Below are positions 57,406-64,000 of a stretch of 64,000 nucleotides of DNA, piece after piece (positions within the stretch are counted from its first letter, which is position 1; the number at the start of each line of letters is the position of its first letter). Origin of the DNA: a virus; the IMG/VR virus record IMGVR_UViG_3300024255_000004, one strand, 5' to 3'. The position numbers and the translations under genes are program-made. The notes beneath the pieces were generated by a model. The model saw nothing but the letters and a program-made list of their open reading frames with translations. It did no database searches and was not told where the DNA came from.

Positions 57406-57732
57406 ATGATAGAGGTTTCAGACATTGCAATCCAAAAACTACTAGAGAGAAAAGTTGAGTCAGTAAGACTTGGTGTCACTGGTGGTGGTTGTGCTGGTTT
57501 CGAATATGTTTTTGCAGAAGACAATTATCAAGAGGGAGACGAAGTCATAGACTATGGTAAGTTCTCTTTTCTTATAGATAAAAACAGTCAACCCTTTTTA
57601 AAAGGAATGACATTAGATTATATTAAAGAAGGATTAAATGAATTTTTTAAATTCATAAATCCAAATGAACAATCAGCATGTGGTTGTGGAGTGAGTGTGC
57701 AATTCAATGAAAACATCATCAGCAAAAGCTAA
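57406..57732 (+). CDS. iscA: Fe-S carrier IscA/HesB
   Basis: RLGVTGGGCAGFEY, LDY, NPN...CGCGVS. Confidence 0.92.
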   Translation: MIEVSDIAIQKLLERKVESVRLGVTGGGCAGFEYVFAEDNYQEGDEVIDYGKFSFLIDKNSQPFLKGMTLDYIKEGLNEFFKFINPNEQSACGCGVSVQFNENIISKS

Positions 57733-58045
57733 AGGAAGAAAACTACAACAGTGGTTTGCAAATGTCCTTGTAGAGACACTAGGACTCGATTCAGAGGATT
57801 TAGAATCAAGACCTATGGGTTCACAAGGGGAAGACATTATACTCGGTAGACAGAGTCGAGACGTTTTTCCATTTAGTATAGAATGTAAGAATCAAGAAGC
57901 CGTCAACGTATGGAAAGCATACGAACAAGCTTCTGAAAATTGCAAAGGGTATGAACCCCTTGTAGTTATAAAAAGGAATCGTCATAAACCATTAGTGGTT
58001 ATAGACGCAGAAAAATTTGTTCAATTAATTAAACATGAGGAATAA
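57707..58045 (+). CDS. PD-(D/E)xK resolvase-like nuclease
   Basis: SAKAKGRKLQ, GEDI, SIECKNQE, PLVVIKRN. Confidence 0.7.
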   Translation: MKTSSAKAKGRKLQQWFANVLVETLGLDSEDLESRPMGSQGEDIILGRQSRDVFPFSIECKNQEAVNVWKAYEQASENCKGYEPLVVIKRNRHKPLVVIDAEKFVQLIKHEE

Positions 58046-59462
58046 AAACTTGTTATCTTTCAACGAACTCATTACTGAGGAAAAAAGTAATGATAAACCA
58101 TATCGACTTGTAATCATTGCAGAACGTCGCATGGTCAAGAGGGCAAAGAAGAATGCAGATAAACCTGTAGTAAAAAAACCCAGTTCGACTTCCAGTAAAC
58201 TTTACAACATTGCAAAAGAGAATGGTTGTGAAGTGTATAGTGTTAAAGTGAATGGTGCATACATTGAACGTGCCGATAACGGAGTCATTACCATTCATAA
58301 CCAAGATGACGAAAAAGGATTTGAGTTAGATGCAGATACCATTGTTATGGTTCGTGGTGCTGTCACAGCAAAAGATTCCTACTTAGATTTAATCAGTCAG
58401 ATAGAAAGATACGGATTCCCTGTAGTTAATTCAAGGGAGTGTATCGAAGTGTGTGCAGATAAGTTTAGAACTTATTTACGACTACAAGAAATCGGAATGA
58501 ACCAACCGAAAACAGTTTTGATTCCAAACGAGGATTCTGAGACTGTAGACTTAGCTGCAAAAAGACTAGGAAACAAATTCCCAATGGTTCTAAAGACACT
58601 TCAAGGTGCAAAGGGGGTTGGTGTATTACTTGTTGAAACGGAACGTTCTCTGCAGTCTACAGTGAGTCTAGTGTATAAGATTGACCCTAATTGTGATATC
58701 CTAATTCAAGAGTATATTGAAATGGAATATGATGTTCGTGTTATGATTAATAACAAACGAATCATAGGTTCAATGAGAAGGAATAAAATTATTGATGATT
58801 TCCGTTCTAACATTTCACAAGGTGCAGAAGCAGAAGAGATTGAATTAACAGAACTAGAAAAAGAAACTTGTCTTATCGCTGCAAAAGCAGTAAACGGACA
58901 ATGGGTTGGTGTTGACTTTATTCCTGCGAAAGACAGAGAAAAAGATTCACCTTATATGTTAGAAGTCAATCAGTCGCCAGGTTCACAAGGAATCTCTGAT
59001 GCGATTGGTAAAGAAGTTTGTGAAACAATTATAGAAGACTACATGGACAGAAACATATGGAAGAAGAGTGCAACTGAATGTGGTGTTCTCGAGACCATAG
59101 AGGTCGATGGTGAGACGATGACTGCAAAGCTAGACACTGGGAACAGTGCAGCTGCTTGTGCCCTTCACGCAGACTCTTATGAGATTAAAGGTAAGGTTGT
59201 TCACTTCACACGTAATGGTAAGAAATTTAAAAAACCTTTGGTCAGAAAAATTACATTACTCAAACCTGCTGAAACTCGACCAGTGGTTAAGTGTGAGTTA
59301 AACTTCTTAAATACTATATATGAACAAGAAGTCAGTTTAGACCAAAGAGGTAAAATCCCTTTTCTTGCAAATAGAGATTTTATGAATCGTGCAAACTTAA
59401 TGATTAACCCGTCTAGGAAATTCCTATTGACCAACAAACACGATACTGCAGAAGAAAACTAA
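58035..59462 (+). CDS. RimK-like ATP-grasp ligase fused to a retropepsin-like (RimK-associated) protease domain
   Basis: ADKFRT, QPKT, GAKGVGV, IQEYI..DVRV, FRSNISQG, GVDFI, LEVN.SPG; C-terminal AKLDTG..RPVV. Confidence 0.88.
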   Translation: MRNKNLLSFNELITEEKSNDKPYRLVIIAERRMVKRAKKNADKPVVKKPSSTSSKLYNIAKENGCEVYSVKVNGAYIERADNGVITIHNQDDEKGFELDADTIVMVRGAVTAKDSYLDLISQIERYGFPVVNSRECIEVCADKFRTYLRLQEIGMNQPKTVLIPNEDSETVDLAAKRLGNKFPMVLKTLQGAKGVGVLLVETERSLQSTVSLVYKIDPNCDILIQEYIEMEYDVRVMINNKRIIGSMRRNKIIDDFRSNISQGAEAEEIELTELEKETCLIAAKAVNGQWVGVDFIPAKDREKDSPYMLEVNQSPGSQGISDAIGKEVCETIIEDYMDRNIWKKSATECGVLETIEVDGETMTAKLDTGNSAAACALHADSYEIKGKVVHFTRNGKKFKKPLVRKITLLKPAETRPVVKCELNFLNTIYEQEVSLDQRGKIPFLANRDFMNRANLMINPSRKFLLTNKHDTAEEN

Positions 59463-59499
59463 CTTGACAATGACTTAAACTTTTTGTTATAATTATTTT

Positions 59500-60213
59500 A
59501 TGAGTATTGAAACAAAACCAACTATCCAAGAACGAATGCAGATAAAGGCAGAACGTGCCTTGGACGAAGTAGAATCACAAATAGATAAACTTATGGATAA
59601 GAAGAAAACTTCTTTTTCAATGTATAACTATTTAACAAAACTTGAATACAGTGGAAAGGTAGTCAAGTTTATGAAAGGGTTCACACAGGATATCGTGTAT
59701 GAGATTAAAAACGAAGAATCATGTGAACAGTTAGAAGAAGCTTATAACTTTTTAACACCTAAACAGAAAGTAAAAATCATTAAACAATTAGAGTTGTTTG
59801 AAAAAGACATAGACAAATATGTCTCTGAATACAAACCTATTAAGAAACCACGTAAACCTAAATCACCAAAACAGTTAGTCAGTAAACTTCCGTTTCTAAA
59901 ACAACATGGAAAGTATCACTCGATTGACCCCGAAGAAATTATTCGTGCAACATATTTGTTCACTTATAATATTGCAAGTAAGAAGTTCACCAAGTTTGAA
60001 ACCTATGGTGGTCTATCAGTTAAAGGGTCAAGAATAGTTGATTACAATTCATGTCAAGAAAAGACCTTGACAGATATGAAGTTGCTTGATAGAATATATA
60101 AAGGTGGTAATATTATTGCAAAGAATTTTATAGACGAGATACCTCGTTCTAAACTAAAAGACGGAAACGATTTATTGACCAAAAATACATTATTGATAAA
60201 AGTGATTAAATGA
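59500..60213 (+). CDS. T4-like hypothetical protein upstream of rnh
   Basis: TIQERM, SIDPEEII.A, GLSVKGS; promoter TTGACA-N18-TATAAT at 59464-59493. Confidence 0.7.
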   Translation: MSIETKPTIQERMQIKAERALDEVESQIDKLMDKKKTSFSMYNYLTKLEYSGKVVKFMKGFTQDIVYEIKNEESCEQLEEAYNFLTPKQKVKIIKQLELFEKDIDKYVSEYKPIKKPRKPKSPKQLVSKLPFLKQHGKYHSIDPEEIIRATYLFTYNIASKKFTKFETYGGLSVKGSRIVDYNSCQEKTLTDMKLLDRIYKGGNIIAKNFIDEIPRSKLKDGNDLLTKNTLLIKVIK

Positions 60214-61046
60214 TACTTATAGATTTTACTCAAACCATAATTGCTGGTTTGATGGTTCAACTCAAGTTGAATGACGGACAACTAAGTGAAGACAAACTTA
60301 GACCTATGATAATTAATTCCATTCGGAATTATCAAAAGAAATATGCAAGAGACTATGGAGAAATAGTTCTTTGCACAGACGCAGGTAATCCATGGAGGAG
60401 AGAATACTATCCTCAGTATAAAGCAAACAGAAAGAAAGCTCGTGATGCAGATGATAAGGATTGGGGAACAATCTTTGACACACTACAAGTAATCAAAGAC
60501 GAACTTAGAGATAACTTTCCATACAGATACATGTATGTTGAGAAGTGTGAAGCAGACGATATCATTGCAGTGTTAGTTAAACATGCAAAGGAACCAGTTC
60601 TCATTGTGAGTGGTGATAAAGACTTCCAACAATTACATGCATATGATGATGTGAGACAGTGGAGTCCTAATCTAAACAAGTTTATCGATTGTGTTAACCC
60701 ACAACTCTTTTTAAAAGAACATATATTAACGGGTGATAAGTCAGACGGAATCCCTAACATACTCTCAAGTGATGATTGTATGGTAGAGGGAATCAGACAG
60801 ACACCATTACGTAAACCAATCAAAGATAAGTATCTCAGAATATCGATTGAAAATGACGATAAATACTATAGGAACTATTTAAGAAATCAAACACTTATTG
60901 ATTTTGATTTCATTCCACCAAATGTGGAAGATAGCATTTTAAGTGAATTTGAAAAGACTGCACCTATAAGAGGTAAAGTTTTTGACTACCTAAGAACTCA
61001 TAGATTAAATGAGTTGTTAGATAACATAGGAGATTTTTCGTTATGA
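60210..61046 (+). CDS. rnh: RNase H / 5'-3' exonuclease
   Basis: ILIDF, WRREYYPQYKANR, EADDII, SGDKDFQQL, GDKSDGIPN. Confidence 0.95.
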   Translation: MILIDFTQTIIAGLMVQLKLNDGQLSEDKLRPMIINSIRNYQKKYARDYGEIVLCTDAGNPWRREYYPQYKANRKKARDADDKDWGTIFDTLQVIKDELRDNFPYRYMYVEKCEADDIIAVLVKHAKEPVLIVSGDKDFQQLHAYDDVRQWSPNLNKFIDCVNPQLFLKEHILTGDKSDGIPNILSSDDCMVEGIRQTPLRKPIKDKYLRISIENDDKYYRNYLRNQTLIDFDFIPPNVEDSILSEFEKTAPIRGKVFDYLRTHRLNELLDNIGDFSL

Positions 61047-61561
61047 CGGAAACAACAAAAAAAGGAAGGGGTAGACCAAAAGGTGCTCCCAATAAACCAA
61101 AACTAGAACTCATTACAAAGAGAACTGAATTACCTAAAGATGCAGACGTGTATGAAATATTATGTCAAGCAGAATTAGTTGCAAAAGAATCTGAAGATTT
61201 AGCTGCACAAGGTCTCAGAGTTTTCGGAGAAAGAAATGGTGCAGTGAGATATATATTACAATGGGTATTTGACGACAACATTGTGTCAACACTACCCGAA
61301 GGTAAGACACCTTACAATCAAGATGATGCACCAGCTACAGACCTTGCACCAACAAGTCTAAGATTTGAAACAAGACTATTCAAATACTTTTGCACAGAAG
61401 AGGTTTCACAAAATCGTAGAGAGACAATGTGGATTCAACTGTTAGAAGGAATACCTTCTAAAGAAGCAGAGTTAATGGAATTGGTAAAAGACGGAGTATG
61501 GCCATTTAAGAACATTACTAAAAATGTTGCACAAAAAGCCTTCCCCGAAGTTATAAAATAA
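61043..61561 (+). CDS. DUF6433-like protein with AT-hook
   Basis: KGRGRPKG; LPEG..PY; RRETMWIQLLEG. Confidence 0.7.
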   Translation: MTETTKKGRGRPKGAPNKPKLELITKRTELPKDADVYEILCQAELVAKESEDLAAQGLRVFGERNGAVRYILQWVFDDNIVSTLPEGKTPYNQDDAPATDLAPTSLRFETRLFKYFCTEEVSQNRRETMWIQLLEGIPSKEAELMELVKDGVWPFKNITKNVAQKAFPEVIK

Positions 61562-61666
61562 ATAAATATTAATGTCCTCAGAGACTATACATAAAATAAA
61601 AGGAAGTTTAATGTTAACTTCTATGTGTAAACTTCTAGTCGAGTAGGACTCCATGGAGTATAATTA

Positions 61667-63196
61667 ATGGACAACAATGTGAACCCAACGTTTGCCTCAC
61701 AGCAAGCACCTACAGAACCAACTGAACTGGAACGAGTTCAGCAACGTATTGCAAATTACAAGATTGCAATTGCACCTAGTTCTGCACAAGCAATATCTAC
61801 ACTACTACAATTACATTTGAAGAGTGGTCAAATTAAGATAGACGAACTTGATGCAGTGATTGGAGTAAGAAACGAAATCAACAAAGGTCTAACCGATTAC
61901 AATCTTGCAGTTGAGACTGCACAAAGACAATTGAATTCATTGCTTGAATCAGATAGAATTGCAAAAGCAGAAGCAATCGAAAAAGAGAAAGCAGAATTAG
62001 TTGACAAAATTAGAGACCAACGTAAACTAAGAAAAGCAGAAGAGATTAAAGTTGCACAACTAGAAGCAATCCTTGCGTCACATGGAGTTAATGTTGACTT
62101 AAATGGTGACGGAGTAATTGGTGTTAAAGCAGGTGACTTAAATGCAGACGGATTTGTAGAACTTACTAAAGAAGAAGCTGCAACACTCGCTGCAGACCAT
62201 GGAGTCACAATTCCACCTCAAACAATTCAAAAGGGAACTAGGACTGAAGCACCTAAGAAGACTTCTAAAGCATTTGAAATGGCAAGACTTCTTAATCCCG
62301 AAGGTGAGTCAAACACTCAACCACCAGTGACTAACGTTTCAGTTGCACCTATATCAGAAGACGAAGGTTTTAATAATTACGTAGCAGAAGCAAAAGACTC
62401 AGTTAACACTTGGGAAGAACAAACAGAAACAGAAGTTCCCCAAGAAGAAATGTTATTCGGAAGTGATGAAACAGAAGAAGACGGATTTGATTTACCAATA
62501 GAAGAATCTATTACAATCGAATTACCAGTTCCCGAAGATGCAAAAGGTATTGAAGCATTCTTAGAAGAAGTAGAAACAGTTAAACAAGAAGCAGAGATAG
62601 ACGACATTGACGAAGAACAATTCAATCAATCATTTGAAGACACTGCAGAACAAGAAGGTAAAGAAATTTACAGTGGTGCATGGTCAAGTGGTGAAGACAC
62701 AATGCCTGATATAAAGGTTGCAGAAGAAGACACTACAACAGAACCTACTTATGCTAAACCAGCAACAACTGGTGCAGTCCCTATTACAAATACTAACGTT
62801 GGTAAGAAGACATTGAAAACTGGTGATAGTATAGAAGCACCTATTTCAAAAGAACAGAAAATTAACACTTACTCTTCTGAAGAAGAAATGATTAAGTCAG
62901 TTCAAGCAAAAATTGACGCTGCAAAAGAACAAGAAGTTGAAGAAGAGTTTGAAGAGTTAGTTATCCCTAGTGCAGACGAACTAAAGGGAATGACTAAATC
63001 TAAGATTAAAGAAGTTGCAGAAGGTCTAAACTTTGAAGTGTCAACAACTGATACTAAAGATGCAATGATTGAAAGTATTGCAACTCAAACAGAAAGTCTA
63101 ATCGAGTCTTTACAAGAAACTGATGAATTTGTCAGTGCAACTGAAACAGTGAAAGGAGAAGACGATGATGATAGACGAGATGGTGGATACTTCTAA
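61667..63196 (+). CDS. large acidic protein: coiled coil, DxNxDG motifs, C-terminal Rho-N/HeH-like domain
   Basis: DLNGDG, DLNADG; ELKGMTKSKIKEVA...TKDAMI. Confidence 0.7.
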   Translation: MDNNVNPTFASQQAPTEPTELERVQQRIANYKIAIAPSSAQAISTLLQLHLKSGQIKIDELDAVIGVRNEINKGLTDYNLAVETAQRQLNSLLESDRIAKAEAIEKEKAELVDKIRDQRKLRKAEEIKVAQLEAILASHGVNVDLNGDGVIGVKAGDLNADGFVELTKEEAATLAADHGVTIPPQTIQKGTRTEAPKKTSKAFEMARLLNPEGESNTQPPVTNVSVAPISEDEGFNNYVAEAKDSVNTWEEQTETEVPQEEMLFGSDETEEDGFDLPIEESITIELPVPEDAKGIEAFLEEVETVKQEAEIDDIDEEQFNQSFEDTAEQEGKEIYSGAWSSGEDTMPDIKVAEEDTTTEPTYAKPATTGAVPITNTNVGKKTLKTGDSIEAPISKEQKINTYSSEEEMIKSVQAKIDAAKEQEVEEEFEELVIPSADELKGMTKSKIKEVAEGLNFEVSTTDTKDAMIESIATQTESLIESLQETDEFVSATETVKGEDDDDRRDGGYF

Positions 63197-63581
63197 AGAT
63201 TCAGAAGTAAAACCTATTCACCCAGTAAGTCCTAGATATCAATCACAATTAAACCATGAGGGAATTCGTTTAGAAATCCCTTATGCATACGCCATGAAGA
63301 GTGGTCTTCTTTATAAGGAAGAAGTAATTGTGTATGAAGAAGATAACTCTCTTCTTATATCATGTCTACACTTAGATACCAAAACACCCCCTAACTATCT
63401 ACCTACATACTATTATAAGATTGGAGGAAATCCTATGAGTGAACAACTAGACGAGTTAACATGTTCAGTGTTCATTGCATATCCCTCTAACTTTTTTAAT
63501 ATAGGAGATAAAATTCGTTATGAATATCAAAGTGAAAAACAAACAGGAACAGAAAGACACATCAAGTGTAGTCTCTGTTAA
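63165..63581 (+). CDS. hypothetical protein
   Basis: ORF track; AGGAG upstream. Confidence 0.6.
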   Translation: MMIDEMVDTSKDSEVKPIHPVSPRYQSQLNHEGIRLEIPYAYAMKSGLLYKEEVIVYEEDNSLLISCLHLDTKTPPNYLPTYYYKIGGNPMSEQLDELTCSVFIAYPSNFFNIGDKIRYEYQSEKQTGTERHIKCSLC

Positions 63582-63584
63582 ACC

Positions 63585-64000
63585 ATGGAATCTAGAAATA
63601 TCCCAATTACAGCAGTTGACCAATTCGATTTTCTTGAACATAGGAAAAAACAGGAAGCACTCCATTGGAACTCAGTCCAAGGTAAGTCACCTTTAGATTC
63701 TATTCTCACTGTAGAGATTAACACTACAGAACTTTGTAATAGAACTTGTGTGTTTTGTCCACGACACGACCCTAAAGTTTTCCCTAACAGAAACCTACAC
63801 TTAACCATTAAAGGTGCATCAACGATTGCAGAAGAACTTGCAGAGAATGGATTCAGAGGTAAGATATCCTTTAGTGGGTTTGGTGAGAACTTACTTAACC
63901 CCGACTTCATAGAAATCGTAAAGGTGTTTAGATATAACTTACCTTATGCAACACTGGAGTGTAATACTAACGGAGATAAGTTAGACATAGATTACATTAA
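63585..64000 (+). CDS. radical SAM protein (runs off the window end; not in ORF track)
   Basis: Manual translation: EINTTELCNRTCVFCPR (CxxxCxxC), FSGFGENLL, NTNG. Confidence 0.9.
   Translation, partial: MESRNIPITAVDQFDFLEHRKKQEALHWNSVQGKSPLDSILTVEINTTELCNRTCVFCPRHDPKVFPNRNLHLTIKGASTIAEELAENGFRGKISFSGFGENLLNPDFIEIVKVFRYNLPYATLECNTNGDKLDIDYI

Noticed and set aside
426-63910. Numerous minus-strand ORFs in the track (e.g. 6919-7395, 35709-36128, 50765-51379, 63578-63910)
   Set aside because: They are antisense shadows of well-supported + strand genes, with no motifs or RBS; 63578-63910 is opposite the radical SAM gene

Overview
A 64 kb segment of a large, AT-rich T4-like myovirus, probably aquatic and probably infecting a Gram-negative proteobacterium (spanins, curli pore, TorF-type porin, IscU/IscA). 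Essentially all real genes lie on the + strand. T4 core genes present: gp45, gp44, gp62, regA, gp43, uvsX, gp41, gp61, nrdA/nrdB/glutaredoxin and rnh. Also present: an endolysin, a spanin pair, a block of probable head-internal proteins, four tRNAs with a GIY-YIG endonuclease among them, and many accessory enzymes (Hsp20, peroxiredoxin, IscU, IscA, five 2OG-Fe(II) oxygenases, sulfotransferase, split carbamoyltransferase, PLP enzyme, RimK-protease fusion, radical SAM). The standout is a tightly coupled, late-promoter operon at about 4.9-11.8 kb. It encodes CsgF, CsgG, two secreted curlin-like repeat proteins, a FecR-domain protein and a CHASE2 membrane adenylate cyclase, which together look like a phage-encoded amyloid-export plus trans-envelope cAMP signalling system. 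Other signals: a ROSE-like thermometer before hsp20, a DNA methyltransferase with a sliding-clamp-binding tail, enzymes with T4 capsid-targeting-like N-termini, many apparently leaderless transcripts, and a structured non-coding region at a strand-skew switch (candidate origin). All family calls come from motif recognition by eye; no searches were run.
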